Source of the DNA: Eledone cirrhosa
Taxonomy: Eukaryota
Length of the DNA stretch: 64,000 nucleotides
Assembly (NCBI GenBank): GCA_964016885.1
Contig: OZ024741.1
Coordinates: 196,478,001-196,542,000 of the forward strand
Direction: 5' to 3'
Both the position numbers and the translations under genes were made by a program. The notes beneath the pieces were generated by a model. The model saw nothing but the letters and a program-made list of their open reading frames with translations, ran no database searches and was not told the DNA's origin. The first letter of the stretch is position 1. Every line of letters begins with the position of its first letter. Below are positions 13,161 to 29,246 of this stretch, in pieces.

Positions 13161-14229
13161 TTTAATTTTCAAAGTAATAATGCTTGGCTTCATCAGTTGA
13201 TGTTTCGGGGGTCATTTATGTGCTCATGGTTCTTATCATAAATGTGTCCAAAGCAGCAGAAAAATTTCAAAAACTTTAAGAATAACAACATGCCAAGCTA
13301 AAAAGATTACCATCTTTGGTATAATGCAGTCATGGGAAAACTGCATCCCATTTGGTTTTCCAAATGTCACACCTAATTTCAAAATTTCTGTAAAATTTTT
13401 TAGTAGTGTGACACACGTTATCATGATCCATCTCTTGTGTGGTACAAAATATAAGTATACATAAAAGAAGCAGTGGTATTTCTGCCAAAGTGACAGAGAA
13501 CCAAAACTCCAAATGTACTAGATATACAAAAATAGTTAACAATAAAGGAATCTATAAAACGAAGCCCACAAACTGTTCTCCACTATGAATGTATGAATCC
13601 ATAACTTTTGATGAAGTCATAGGGGTACCTGGCAAGGCCTATCCCTCTCCAGGTTTGAACGTAACCAACTTCTTCCAAAGAAGGAAAGGGAAAGAGTGGA
13701 AGTGAGAAAGATTTATAGAGAAAGAATTACCTCCAGTATTAAACTTCAGAAGGATGAAAGGCAAAGTTGAACTCAGTGCACAGAAAGTCGGAATGAATAC
13801 CACAAAGCATTCTAACCAGTATTCTGATGACTGCCAATTTATCGCCTGCCTGAAAAAGCCTGTGTCATGCTGAGAATTATGTTATGGGTACATACCTCTG
13901 TGGAATGCTGCCCCACTTGCATGTTAATTTCACAAGCTGGCTGTTTCATTGAATGAATAATTGTAACACTAATTTTCGGAACTGACAGAGGTTCAACACA
14001 CACACATATGTTAGTGCAATGGTTTCCAAACTTTTCACTAACAGAGGCCCCATTTATTTAAATTAATCTCCTCACACATCTCAGGCTTTTGAAAGTCTGT
14101 CTATTCAACGCGACTTATGTGATATAATAATTAGTACTCTGTAGAGTATCTAGTTTCAATCAAATATTCATATTTGATTTATAAAATTTGCTCATGTGGC
14201 TGTCTGACAATTTTTTCTTTTTTTTTCAG

Positions 14230-14291
14230 GGGTGGAAATGTGTATATGTCACCAAATACTGTTGTATTAACAAAAATTACTGAGAATATTG
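14230..14291 (+). CDS. GNPAT: GNPAT penultimate coding exon
   Basis: T-tract-cag acceptor and G|gtaaga donor. Encodes GGNVYMSPNTVVLTKITENI. Phases 2 and 1 match the flanking exons. Confidence 0.82.
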
Positions 14292-14629
14292 GTAAGAATT
14301 TATTAAACTATTTAAACTTAGCTCCTTTTTTTTTTTTTTTTTTTGCTATCCTGTTCATGTTATTTTTACCTCCTTTGCTTAGTAATCCATGCCACTTAAT
14401 CAGTTTTCTGAATCTTAATATGTAGAAAATGAAGCAGTTTGGTGTGTTTTTAAAATTGCAGGAAGATTTGGTTGCTATAATGAGCAGGTTAAGTTATTTT
14501 ACAGAATATATTTTATTGATTACTATCGGAGACTTTAAACATTTTTGTCAATATAGTAAACAAATATTACAACATAAATGTGATATAAAATTATATCAAT
14601 TATTCTAAAATCTAAAAGTAATAGTCGGA

Positions 14630-15355
14630 CTATGCCTCTATTAATGGCGTTATGAGAAAGTTCCTCCACCAGCTCACCCTCTCTAGAATTACCTTCTGAA
14701 TTTCCCCTGCTTCCAACCCAGTATCATCTTCAAGAACATTTTCAGCATGGTGGCTGTCTGCATACATCAGGTTTCCAGAAAAGAACTCTCCCAGCAGGTT
14801 CATTGTAACATTTCACATGTCCAGCTAATGCTAACCTCATACACCTTATGATATCAGAAAGTCGAAGGTGTGAGCCGTAGAGTAATTTATTCGCTACATG
14901 TGTTCTCCAGGATATGTTCAGGACCTTTCTCAGAAAAGAAGCTGAAGACATACTACACAGAATGGAGGCTCTAGCACAGTCCATTATATACTCTTCTTGA
15001 ATGCTGACAAACCAAAATTCATGCAACCCAATGCACCGTCAAATAAACAAATGCATGCACTGGATGGTTTTGAGATTAAGGATGTGTATGACTTCTTGTA
15101 TCTTGGCAGTTTTATGAACATAGAGCATATGAACACCAGGATAGGCAAGGCATGGGGGCTCCCAACTCTACAACTCTATCAAAAGTGTGAAAGTGTGGGT
15201 GTCTCCAATCAAGAAAGCCACGAAAATGAAGGTATTCAAAGCAACAGTTGAGTCATTCTCCTCTATGAATGCGAGTCATGGACACTAACAAAAACACTCA
15301 CAAAGAGGATTGATAGTACATTCACGCAGTTGCTGAGAAAGGTCCAGAAGGTCCT
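14630..15355. mobile_element. Degenerate RTE-like LINE fragments in opposite orientations
   Basis: Minus ORF has FLRKVLNISWRTHV...RLALAGHV; plus segment has DFLYLGS...RIGKAW and ESILLY.CESWTL. Confidence 0.6.
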
Positions 15356-15841
15356 AGAGTCTAATAATACTGAAATATATCTGGAGTTCTTGTAGTACTA
15401 CAAAAAATCAGACTTACTCTTCACTGCATTTTGTATTTAATTAGTTCAAATTTGGGTTTTTCTCACCTATCTTTTTTGACCAGAATTAATAAAACTAGGT
15501 AAATTTCAAAATGTAGATAAGCTCAATACTTTTCAATAAAATCTGTCAAATTCCTTCAAGTAGGTGTTTCTTATTAACATGTAAGATCTTTTTCTCCATT
15601 TAGACAATGATTTTTAAATGTTTGGAAAGACAAGAAAGACTTTATATAATCTTCTCAATTAAGTTCATATCTTTTTTTCAACACTACTGGTGAAATTTTA
15701 ATTAATTAAAATTTCTTGACTTGTTTCATTAAGTATGTTAGTGCCTGCTTCACTATTTTCAATTATAATTTATTGCATAAAATCATTTTGTAAACCCAAA
15801 GTTTTAAAATTCTATTTCAAATTTTTTTTCTTTTGTTTCAG

Positions 15842-15924
15842 CACAACAGATTGAAGTTCCAACCGTGCCAGTGGCTAGTATCAACCTTGATACTAAGACA
15901 GTTGTGGTTAATGCTAAATTATAG
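15842..15924 (+). CDS. GNPAT: GNPAT last coding exon with C-terminal PTS1 (AKL)
   Basis: tttcag acceptor. Encodes QQIEVPTVPVASINLDTKTVVVNAKL-TAG. GNPAT is peroxisomal and ends in AKL. Confidence 0.9.
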
Positions 15925-16129
15925 TTTGGGTTTACTGATCCTTTTACTGTTTCATCTCAGTGGTAATAGAAACATTAACAAATATATAACAGAATGAGTT
16001 CTTGTTTTATGTTTCAAATATTTTTTTTTCTGTCTTCCTTTGTTATCTGTATGGATTACTTCATGATGAAGAATATTTGAATAGTATTTAAAGCAGTTTC
16101 TAACTATATATTTATTTTTCAAAATTTCA

Positions 16130-16135
16130 AATAAA
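16130..16135 (+). terminator. Candidate GNPAT polyadenylation signal
   Basis: AATAAA about 205 nt after the stop codon; actual use not shown. Confidence 0.45.
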
Positions 16136-16419
16136 CTTTTTTCAAGAAATTTTACCTTTCTCTTAAAGTAACTTCAAGAAAATCTTTACATGTAAATATG
16201 TTTTCTAATTTTATATCAGAATTAATAAATTATCTTCATTATGTTATTAATTTATTGGATATCATACTGTTTTCTGGAGGGTTGATTGGTATATTCCAAC
16301 ATCAATACTATCAAAAAACTTATGATCAAGGAAAGTTTAGAGTCACTGATTTAGTTTTCTTAGTTATCATTGTTGTGAGCAATGCCAAGTCAGGTAACCT
16401 TGTCTTGCTCATTCAAACT

Positions 16420-18125
16420 GATTTTGGCTTGGTTTCTACAGCTGGATGATCTTCCGAATGCTAACCTCATTTACAGCAAGTACTGGGTGCTTTAGGTCGT
16501 GACAACTACATGACCACTTTGCAGTGTGGGTTGGGCGCTTTTTGTTGTGTCGCCATCATGACCACTTTACAGTGTGGGATTGAGGCTTCACTAGATGTTT
16601 GCTTCAGACTGTCCTCTTGGGAGATGTATGGGAGGGTGGGGTGTATACTATATATATAAGCTTCAGCTTCAACCTGTGCCTGCGGGAAGACAGGTCTTCT
16701 GTATTATTGCATAACGCCAGATATCTCGGTCCTGTGTCATCATCTTTGAGAGGTGCAAGATCAGCTTTTATCACCTCATCCCAAGTCTTCCTGGGTCTCC
16801 CCACTCCAAGGCTTCCATCACCTTTGAGCGCTCTGCACCTTTTTATACAGCTGTCATCCTTCATATGCATCACTTGTCCATACCAACACAATCTCCTCTC
16901 TGGCACACTGCATCTGATTCTTCTTATGCCTAGTTTCTCTCTCGGTAAGTTTATGCTTTGCCATTCATTGCACATCCATTAGAGCATGCAAACTTCATTC
17001 CTTTCCAATCTACCCAAGTCTTCCACACAGTGCTCAGGTCTCACTACCATGCAACATTGCTGTTTGTATGCACACATCATACAGTCTGCCTTTCATTTTG
17101 AGGGAAAAGCCTTTTGTAGCCAGCAGTTGTAGTAGCTTCCTGAACTTCTTCCATCCCATTCTTACTCTGGCTACTGTACTTTCAAGAACACCCACCTCCA
17201 CTGCTAATTTGGTCACCCAAGTAGCAGAAGCTGTCTACTGCTTCTACTGAGCCTTCCCAGAATTTGATAGTGCTTATTTCCTGTGGCCATTTGTTGCTTA
17301 CTGTCCCGGGTGCAACTGCTACATGTAAAGTCTACATTCTTAGCTAAACTTCTCTTGTGTACCCATAGTTTGCATTTGAGACAGAGGATGGAATTTCTAC
17401 CTATACCTTTAAAAGATACTGAGCAAGGCCATTTCCCTAAAGGGATCAGGGTTCTGTTATCTCTTCTACTTACTAGGACCTTAGTCTTTGTCAGGTTAAC
17501 TTTATGACCCCTTGTTTCTAGGCCCTGCTTCCATGTTTGGAATTTCTTCTCTAGTTTCACCATAGATTCTGCTATGAGTGTAAATCATCTGTGTACAGGA
17601 GTTCCCATGGGCAGCTGGTCCTAAATTCCTCTGTTATAACCTACAATATGATAATAAACAGGAGATGGCTGGTGGACGGCATCTTGTACACTAAATTGCT
17701 CGCTATATTCATTGTTAATCCTGACTTTGCTGACTGCTTCCCTATACATGGCTTGTTCAACCTTCAGAAGCTACATATTTACTCGTAGTTTTCTAAGAGC
17801 CCACCAGATTATGGCACAGGGCACTCTGTTAAAAGCTGTCTCCAGATCAACAAATGCCAGTTAGACCAGCTTACTTTTAGCTAGGTACTTTTCCTGTAGC
17901 TGCTTCACCAGGAAGAGAGCATCTGTGGTGCTTTTCCCTGGTACAAATCCAAACTGCATCTCATCTAGATTTACCCAGTCCCTAATCAGCTGTGCTATAA
18001 CTCTTTGTTATTTTCATGATATGGTCCATCAGCTGGATGCCTCTATAGTTTCCTCTATCTAATGCATCTCCTTCATCCTTGTACAGTTGACAATGATGCT
18101 GCTGCACCAATCATTCAGTATATGA
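16420..18125 (-). mobile_element. Degenerate RTE LINE (RT + 3' UTR)
   Basis: ORF fragments 16604-17563 are homologous to 8832-10121. Confidence 0.88.
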
Positions 18126-19014
18126 TGTACCACCCAGTGATATATGGTATAAGTAAATTAAATAGACCTCTGTCAATTTCAACACTGAATATTCCAGTTG
18201 TTTGGTTAACAGAACGACCTTCTCATTAACCACTTTGATACCAACCCATCCAAAACCACCTCTAGATCACATATTTTAAACAGTTCCTATATAAATTAAA
18301 ATCTTTCAACATAATTTGATATAAGAATCTTTTTATTGTGTTACAAATACCATGTTGATATTGAAATAACAAATAATTTTTGTAAATCCCTCCAAATCCT
18401 TCATTAATTAAGTCAGGTACATATATTTCATTTGAAATATGATAATGAAATGGTTAAATTAACATGTAAGTGGCTGATTATTCCACAGCCACATGTACTT
18501 TTAACATAATACTCATAGATATTTAGCACGATACAGTATATGATAGGCTGACCCTTTGAATTACTGATACAATCCATCCCACAGTTTCTGCCTACCCAAT
18601 TTCACTTATAAGATATAGGTTGACCTAAGGTTATGGTAAAAAATACTATATTGAGATGTTATACAATGGGACCAAAGCTGGACTTTCATTATTGCAAAGT
18701 GAACTTAACTTTTCAGCCATCTTGTGTCCACATTATATAATTAATGGGGGTCTAATTATTTTGTTGTTGTTTATAGACCTGGCCCTTGAAGCACTCACAC
18801 CCTAGACCTGTTCAACTAATATGCTAGAAACATAAAAAGAAGAATATTGTCTTCATCCCTCTGATTAAGCAGGAATGTATACACATGTATTTGTCTGTAT
18901 GTATAAATGTGTATACACATGTTTAAGAATGTGTACGAGTTTGTGTATATATACATATAGATATATATATGTTTATGTAAATATACATGTGTGTGTATGT
19001 TTGTATATATATCA

Positions 19015-22000
19015 AATATGGACCTTAGATTCGCCACATTGAGTATTGGAACAATGAGAGATAAGTGGAGTGAGATTGTGAAGATGTTAGAGAGGAGTAG
19101 ATGTGTGCTGTGTGCAAGAAGTGAGGTGGAGGAGAGGTTCAGCTAGATTCATCATAGGCAAGGAACACTGGGACAAATGTTTCTGGATTGGTGGGAGCCA
19201 TAGGAATATTCCTCATGGAGAGATGGGTAGACCAGGTAATTGAGGTAATTAGGATGAGTGATAAAATAATTAAACTTAGATTAGCCCTGGGTAATATTAC
19301 AGCCCCTATACTATCTACATATGCCACACAAGCTGGACTTGCTGATGAAGAAAAAAACCATTTCTATGTGGCCCACGTACAGACTACCACAACGACAGAT
19401 GACAGCAATCTTATGATCGCAGCTGGTGACTTCAACAGACATGTTGGGAAACATCAGGATGGATTCTCTGGCACACACAGAGACTACAAATATGGCTCAA
19501 GAAACGAGGAGGGAACTAGACTTCTGGAGTTCCATGACTTAATGATCTGTAGCACAACCTTCAAGAAACCAGTCAATCACCTGATTACCTACAAATCAGG
19601 GAGATATACAAGCCAAATAGACTTCATCCTCACTAATAAATGAGACAAGCAATTATCATAAATACCAAGTCCTTGCCTGGGAAGAAATGTACCTCCCAAC
19701 ATAGATTAATTGTCAGTGACCTTAGAGTAAGAGCTCGGTGGACCAAGAAATTAAAAACCAGTCTAGAGAAGGAAGACTTGGAAGCTGAAAGTACCCCCCT
19801 GTAAACAAATTTAGAGAAATCCTTCTTGACACTTATATAAATAAACAAGAAGAGCTGGGGACATAGAGAACAATTGGAAATTTCTGCAGGACAACCTGCT
19901 GGAAGCCACAAGTCATGTGTGCAGCTGGAGCAAGGTCACTACCAAGATGGGGTGACATGGTGGTGGATTGACAAGGTCGAAAGAGCCATTAAAACAAAAA
20001 GACAAGAATGGAGAGACAGATAGCAAGAAGGGTGGCCAAGCACCAAGTATATCTAGCAAGGGGAGAGGCAGAAAAGAAGTTTGTACATGTTATGTGTCAT
20101 GAGGATCAGAGGTGTGAAATGTTCAACATTGCAAGACAGTATGCTAAAGAAAATCATGATGTGGTTGAGAGAAATGTGTCCAAAATGATAGCAGAGTACT
20201 TGTTCTGTCTGATGATTAAAAGAGGCATGGAAGACATACTATGAGAGACTGCTGAATGAGGAAAATGAATGGGACAGTGAGGGCTTACCCCATGCAGACC
20301 CTACAGAGGGATCAGCCATAAAAGTTGATAGCTGTATAATAGATAAAGCAATTAAGGACATAAAGGTAGGGAAAGCAGCTGGACCATCTGGTATAGTTGC
20401 TGAGATGCTAAAAGCATCTGACATGGTAAGATACAAGATAGTTAATCAAGTAGTACAGGATGGTGTCATACACAATGACTGGTGCAGCTATGTCATTGTA
20501 AATTGCTACAAGGGCAAAGGGGATACACTAGTGAGAAGTGACTATAGAGGCATCAAGTTAATGGACCATGAAAGTTTCTGAAAGGGTTATAGGACAACTA
20601 ATTAGGGACAGAATCAGGTTAGATAAGATGCAATTCAGATTAATGTGAGGTAGGAGTATTATTGATGCCCTCTTTCTGGTGAGATAACTATAGTAGAGGT
20701 AGTCAAGAGTAAGCCACTGTACCTAGCATTTGTAGATCTAGAGAAAGCCTTTGACAGGGTCCCATGCTGTATAATATGGTGGCCACTTAGGAAGGTGTAG
20801 ATAGGAGCAACCAGTAGGGTGAGAGTTAAAAACGAGTACTGTGATGAATTTGAAGTGCAGGTGGGAGTTCACCAGGAATCAGCCCTCAGTTCATTTCTAT
20901 TTATCATTGTTCTTCAGGCCATCACTGAGGAGTTTAAAACTGGCACTCCTTTATGCTGACAACCTAGTCCTCATAGCTGAGTTTGTAGGAAGTAAGATTT
21001 CAAGTATGGAAAAATAACCTAGATCTGCAAGGCCTAAAGATGAAAGTTTTAAGTAGGAAAGTGGCCATACTCGATATGTCAGAAAGGGGTGGGTAAAAAT
21101 TCTATAAGGTGCACACAATGTAAAGTATGGACGTACAAGAGATGTGGGATTGCAGGTAGGCTAACAGAAAAGAAACTTCATATACAGCAGATGCACAGGA
21201 GAAATAAGCACAAAGAAATAGATTCCCTCAGCTATCAGGGGAGTTCTCTAGAAGTTGTAGACAGCTTTTTCTACCTAGGTGATCTAATTAGTAGTTGGGA
21301 AGGATGCATTAAAAGTATGATAGCTAGGATAAGAACAGGCAGGAAGAAGTTTAGAGATCTATTGCCAGTGCTAACAACAAATGCTTTTCTCTTAGAGTGA
21401 AGGGTAGATTGTATGAAGACATGAAGAGACTAGTAAGAAATGAGTTGAGTATGCTCCGATGGATGTGCATAAGCGACATAGCATAAACTTGGCATAAGAG
21501 GAATTGGTTGTAGTGTGCAAGAGAGAAGACTGCATTGGTATGGCCATGTGATGTGCATGGAAGGTGGCAGCTACATAAAGAAATGCAGAGAAACCTCAGT
21601 GGCTGGGACCTGTGGAAGAGATGGGTTGAAGTTGTAAGAACTGACCTTAGAAAGCTAAACCTTACAACAAAAATAATTAAAGACTGTGAGATCTGGTGCT
21701 ATGCAGTACTAAAAAAGACCCGACCTACAGCTTACAACGTGACTTGACCTACCCCTACCCCTTCTACTAGCACTCCCTAACAGTTATTCTCAACTTCACT
21801 ACTTCAACCCTCCCCCCTCCACACGCGCACACACATTCATGGCAGCTGTACCCCCACCCCTTCCATGAAGTGATTGGTGATAGGAAGGGCTTCCAGCCAT
21901 GGAGAGCTTGCCAAGTAAACAAACAAAGGGCCGGGAGGACCCTTCAGTCATGTCATGGACATGACAACCTCCCTAGTCTTTGGTGATCTACATGATAAAC

Positions 22001-22430
22001 ACACTCAGTACACATTATAAAGTGGTTGGTAATAGAATGGACATCAAGCTATATAAAACTTGCAAGATGAAGTGTTGGGAGAACCCTCCAGTTGTATCAT
22101 GGGCATGGCAACCTCCCTAGTGTTGGTGATTTACACAATAAATGCACCCAGTACACACTGTAAAGTGGTTGGTGATAGGAAGGGCATCCAACCATAGAAA
22201 TCTTGCAAAATAAATGGTTGGGAGGATCCTCAGTTGTGTCAAAGGCATGACAACCTTTCTTGAGCACTCAATGAAGTGTCAAACCGTACATAAACACACA
22301 GGTCCCTGGCCTGCCTGAGAGATCAGTGGCTCTACTTTAGTACGGACTTGGTCTATATGGACCCGTCCAACTCTTGCTAGCAGGGAAAAAACGGACGTTA
22401 AAATGATAGTGATGACGATGATGATGATAC
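19015..22430 (+). mobile_element. Near full-length degenerate RTE LINE (APE-RT-3' UTR with internal repeats)
   Basis: APE motifs (AGDFNRHVG, SQIDFIL) in ORF 19188-19643, RT remnants at about 20400-21700, ~143-bp repeats at about 21870-22260, and a (GAT)n tail near 22410-22428. Confidence 0.85.
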
Positions 22431-23501
22431 ACACATAAATGTAAGGTAGTATTTGCTGGTGCTACAACAAAGATCACCCAGTCCACCCTTTAAGGTTGTT
22501 GTGCCAGAGTCATAATAAAATGCTCCCAGTACAGGTAAAGTGGTTGGTGTTAGGAAGAGCATCAAGTTGTAGAAATCAAACCAAAAAATGGAATGTACAA
22601 GCAGGATATAACAGCCCATCTAACCCATGTAAGTATGGAAAATAGAGGTTAAACAGTGATGATGATGATTAGGCACAGGTATAACTGAATGATTAGCTTT
22701 GTTTTGTAATCATGAGGTTCCAGGTTTGATCCCACTGCATGACATCTTAAACATGTGTCCTTTATTATAGCCCCAGGTTGACATAAAAATTGTGAGTAAA
22801 ATTTAGTAGTCAGAAACTGCATGGAAACCCATGAAATAGATTATATCTGTAATGCAAAGAATCAACTTTGTCACAGACTGTCATATTGCTACAGTTTTGA
22901 CACATGCTCTTATGTTGATTCTGCTTGAGGATTGTGTTAGGATATGATATATTTCAGTTTTTGGAATATGTACACTGAAACAAAAAGGGTTGGCTTCATG
23001 AAGGACATCGGCTGTAAAATGTTTCAACACATCCCATCCAACCCATATCAGTATGGAAAAGTAGATTTAAAAACTGATGAATGACATCTCAGCAACTAAC
23101 AATTCAATGATTGTGAACAACTGGAGTAATCTCATATGAAAACTGATGTGAGTCTATGAAGCAGTGTATCTGATCAGTCGATATTCCACAATCAGTTTGG
23201 AATAGTGTTTGAAACTAGTTTCAATGTAAAAAAACAGTGGCACGTTTGTCGCACCTATGTCGAGGTGGTTATGCTGAAAAGCTTATTCTGTAATGACGAA
23301 ACCAGTTAAGATAGAAACATAGGGAAGAATTATCTCAAGAATTCCACATAAATCAAGGACATAGCTCCCGTGTACAGTGAAAAATCTCAAAAATTTTGAC
23401 ACTGTGTATATATGTGTAAACATTTGAATTATGTATAGTGATTGAAACATTTGAGACAGCAATCATCTTTGGGCTGCAAGTATACGGAGTTGTGAGTCAC
23501 T

Positions 23502-25142
23502 CATCATCATCATCATGATCGTTTAACGTCCACCTTCCACGCTAGCATGGGTTAGATGGGAGTTGTCCCACTTGAGGCAAGGTTGGTCGGGTGACCATGT
23601 CTCGCTCATATAGGACTATCTGGCAGGTTTTCTACGGCTGGATGCCTTTCCTAACACCAACCACATTTACAGTGTGGACTGGGAGGTTACCTACACGGCC
23701 ACATTACAGCGGGGACTGTGTGTTTTTTTGTTGTGACACCTACACGACCTCGATCTCATTATCTCATTTATTTGGACTGGATGTTGTGGTACCAACTTTA
23801 CAGAGAGAGGGTGGTGTTGGTGGGAGTGGGAGGATAGGGTAGGGGTAGTGGATTAGGGTGTATATTTGGTTGAGAGGTGCCTACTGACTAGGTTTCGCTT
23901 TGTACATAGGCAGTGCGGGTCTTCTGTATTACTGCGTGGCGCCAAAGATCTCGGTCCAGTGACATTGTCTTAGAGAGGTGCAAGTGTATAAGGTCGGAAT
24001 TTATCAAACGTCCCAGGTTTTTCTGGGTCTACCTACTCCGTAACTTCCATCAATTTTGATCGCCCTGCACATCACATGACCATACCAACGTAGTCTTCTC
24101 TCAAGTAAACAGCATCTGATCCCTCTTATTCCTAATTTCTCACTTAGTTCATTTATGTTTTGCCGTTCACGTATATTACTATTACACATCCAACAGAGCA
24201 TGCAAGCTTCGTTCCTTCCCAGTCTGCACAGGTCCTCTGCACGTAATGCCCTTGTCTCACTGCCATGTAATATTGCTGTTCGTATACAGGCATCATACAA
24301 TCTGCCTTTCATTTTTAGAGAGAAACCTTTTGTGGCCAATAGTGGTATAAGCTCTCTGAACTTTTTCCATCCCATTCTAACTCTGGCTACTATACTTTCA
24401 GAGCACCCTCCACCACTGCTGATTTTGTCACCCAGGTAACGGAAAGTGTCCACTATTTCTATAGAACCACCTGGGCAATAGAAGGAGCTAGTATACTGTG
24501 GGAACTTGCTACTTATTGCACCAGAGCATCGGCCACATATAAAATCTACGTTCTTAGATAGCTTGCCTGTGATCCCACTACATCTTTTATGTACCCATAC
24601 TTTGCATTTGGGACATAAAATGGAATTTCTACCTACTCCTTTCCCACACACTGAACATGGCCATTTCCCAGAGGGCACTTGTGCCCTATTTTCCTTTCTA
24701 CATACTAGAACTTTAGTCTTAGACAAGTTAACTTTAAGGTCTTTTGATTCTAGGCCATGCTTCCATGTTTGGAATTTCTTCTCTAGTTCAGCCATAGATT
24801 CAGCTATGAGAGTTAGATCATCTGTGTATAGAAGTTCCCATGGGCAGCCAGTCTTAAACTCCTCTGTTATAGCCTGAAGGGCAATAATAAATAGGAGGGG
24901 GCTAAGGACAGAGCCTTGATGAACACCAACTTTTACACTAAATTCTTCACTATATTCATTGTTAATTCTAACCTTGCTGACTGTTTCTTTATACATAGCT
25001 TGTATAGCTCTCACAAGCCATTCATCTACACTTATTTTTCTAAGAGCCCACCAGATAATGGAGCAGGGGAATCTGTCAAAGGCTTTCTCCAAGTTCACAA
25101 AAGCTAAGTATAGGGGTTTACTTTTAGCTAGGTACTTCTCCT
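23502..25142 (-). mobile_element. 5'-truncated RTE LINE
   Basis: ORF 24004-25215 closely resembles 8832-10121. (ATC)n tail at 23502-23516. Confidence 0.9.
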
Positions 25143-25155
25143 TATATATATATGC

Positions 25156-25186
<31 letters not shown>

Positions 25187-25269
25187 ACCCAAGCTCCGTC
25201 TAACCCATGCTCCATCTAACCCATGCGTGGAAAGTGGACGTTAAACGAAGATGATGATGACGATGATGA

Positions 25270-26775
<1,506 letters not shown>

Positions 26776-26799
26776 TTTCGTTTTTGTATTTGTTTTGCA

Positions 26800-27136
26800 A
26801 GATTTCTTATTTGAAAACGAGTGTTGAAACAGATATTGTTATACTTTGGGATGGTCATGCTGCCAATAAAAACACACGTACCTGTTGGTTTTTCACTTCA
26901 ATTTATTATAAATTCCCATTTGGTTGACTGGATGGTTGTTTATATATCGTCAAAGCTCATTCATCATACATTCTGTGACCTCCTCAGTGATTAGGTTTTT
27001 ATTTTGTGTCGCTCCTTTGTTCTGTCCTACACCATCTTGTTTTTGTGTGTTGTGTCACAATACACAAAATAAATTGAAGTGAAAACCAACAAGTGCGTGT
27101 GATTTTATTGGCAGCATGACCCTCCCAAAGTATAAA
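26800..27136 (-). mobile_element. PLE terminal (pseudo-LTR-like) fragment with inverted end and a decayed hammerhead
   Basis: Reverse-complement homology to 39390-39680. The segment 27060-27136 is an inverted copy of 26835-26910. Decayed core CUGAGGA...GAAUGAGCUU at 26949-26991. Confidence 0.7.
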
Positions 27137-27143
27137 TATATAT

Positions 27144-27224
<81 letters not shown>

Positions 27225-27333
27225 GTATAACAATTTCGTATTTCTAAAGAAACATGGTTTTAGGAAGCCGTAACTATGCAAACACCGGGGCGAACGCCCT
27301 CTGGTGGTGTCCAACAGAAGCAAGGGGGACAAC

Positions 27334-27373
27334 CGTCTATGCATTTCAGACTTGACTGGCCTTCATCAGGACG
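27334..27373 (-). ncRNA. Minimal type I hammerhead ribozyme
   Basis: Minus strand: CGUC-CUGAUGA-AGGC-CAGUCAA-GUCU-GAAA-UGCA-UA^GACG. Palindromic UGCA replaces stem III, as in PLE-associated minimal hammerheads. Confidence 0.75.
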
Positions 27374-28550
27374 AAATACAAATAAAAATAAAAATAAATG
27401 TACGTTTGCACGCACACGTGACGTATCTATAAACATAGGGATTGACAAAGGCAAGAAAATAAAGAATTAAAAAATTAAAAAAATGTATATATATATATAT
27501 ACACTCACAATTGCATACTTATGTACATATATACATACTTATAAACATATTTTGAATTCTGAATTATCCATGCATTTATTATTATTTTTCTTATATATAT
27601 GTATGTATTTAACTGTAACACGTTGAAATCTATTATATAAGATTATAATCGTTATCATTTACCTAAAGTATACTGTATCACTAATACTTAATATATATCT
27701 ATATATACCTCCCTGTCTCTCTCTATACATAATTTTTAGATAACTTCTAAATTTTTAGATTATTATTTATTTTGAACTGTGAATAATTCATGCATTTACA
27801 CCCTTCTATATATATGTATCTATTTAACTTTAGCATGTTTGAATCTATTATTTTATATTCGTTATCATTTACCTAAAATATACTGGCTCATTAATATATC
27901 TCTATATACCTAATCGTTATTTAAATATTTCTAACAATAAGTACTTCATAAGCTTTACATACCGAAAATGTTGACATTTTTATAGGTAATCTTCGTTAAA
28001 GATTACATTTAGGAAAATATTCAACAGCGTAAATTTTCCTTTCGCTGGCCAGGTAAATCCTTTGAATTTTATCCTCATAAAATTTAGAAGTTTAGAAATG
28101 TTAACACACTTATAGAATTTATAAAATTAATAAATATAAATAACCAGCAACTTTATAAAAAAACTAAAATCTTGATTCTTCACCCTTAAAACAACATAAA
28201 TTAAATATTTTGAAACTTAACCATTTAGCTTTGGGGAAAAAAATCTCTTTCTGCATATATTACTCCTCTTTATCTTTCTCTCTTTAAATCCTCTTTCAGC
28301 GGGCTTCATGGACAGTTATAATTCATGAGATGTTTTCCTAGATAACCATAACTTGCAGTATCCTACATTTTAAAATCTCTATAACTGTCACATTAACCAA
28401 CGTCTTTCTTACTCACACATTCTCTATTGAATTTATTACGTTTTCGCATTTTCTCATTATTAGGGTATAAATGTTGAGTTTTCTCTTAGGTTAATAACCT
28501 TGATTAAATCTTAACCATTTAATATCTCAGGGTATGTCATGTATCATTAT

Positions 28551-28603
28551 ATTTTGTCTGATGAGGACGTACTGTTGTACCTCTGAAATATGTATAATAA
28601 AAT
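28551..28603 (+). ncRNA. Type I hammerhead ribozyme
   Basis: AUUUUGU-CUGAUGA-GGACGUAC(UGUU)GUACCUCU-GAAA-U-AUGU-A-UA^AUAAAAU. Confidence 0.68.
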
Positions 28604-29246
28604 TTAATTGATCAAAAGAACATCTATTTTATTAATATTTGTATTTTAATATTAATAACTCTGGAAAATTATTTACTGTAGAGTGCTTCCAATCTACTGT
28701 AAAACTTATTCTTTGATGTACTCATTGAATCTTGTTTAACTCTTTAATATATATATATATATATACATATACAATATATTAATAAATGGAAACTATATTT
28801 ATAAAACCATAATTATTTTATTATATATATTTCAAGGGCAATCAAGGCAAATTTTGGTGCGCTTTCAACAGATAAAATACAAAATTTGTTTTATAAATGT
28901 TGACATACCCGCAGAAAAACAACCCTGACGGTTGAATGTTCTCTGGATAGTGGAAACATTTTTTATTTAGGGTAATTCAAAGTTATGTGTGAGTATGCAA
29001 ATGAATGTCAGAAAGAGTTGAAACAACAACAGTTTATTTAAATTATACTGTTGGAAGAAGAGAGAGAAAAACCAGAGAAAAAGAGAAAAAAATTAATATA
29101 TTGAATATTTACTCCAGTTATTGTTGAGTGCTTTATATCAGTTATAAAACTTTTAAGCTTGTTGAATCCCAACAAATTAAATATAACTTTTGCATATATA
29201 TATATATAAAAGAAGAAATTAAAAGATGGTTAAAGAAGTTCCATAT

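Noticed and set aside
13185-13212. Minus-strand GAAACATCAACTGATGA
   Set aside because: No room for stem III, a UH site and stem I between the motifs; it lies in a LINE remnant.
13236-13542. Possible piggyBac-like remnant or nested gene in the GNPAT intron (WFSVTLAEI...)
   Set aside because: Similarity too weak to support without a profile search.
23164-23316. CTGATCAGTC ... GACGAAACCAGTTAAGATA, a possible hammerhead with a large stem II insert
   Set aside because: The core has C at position 8 and the stem I register does not fit; at best a decayed relic.
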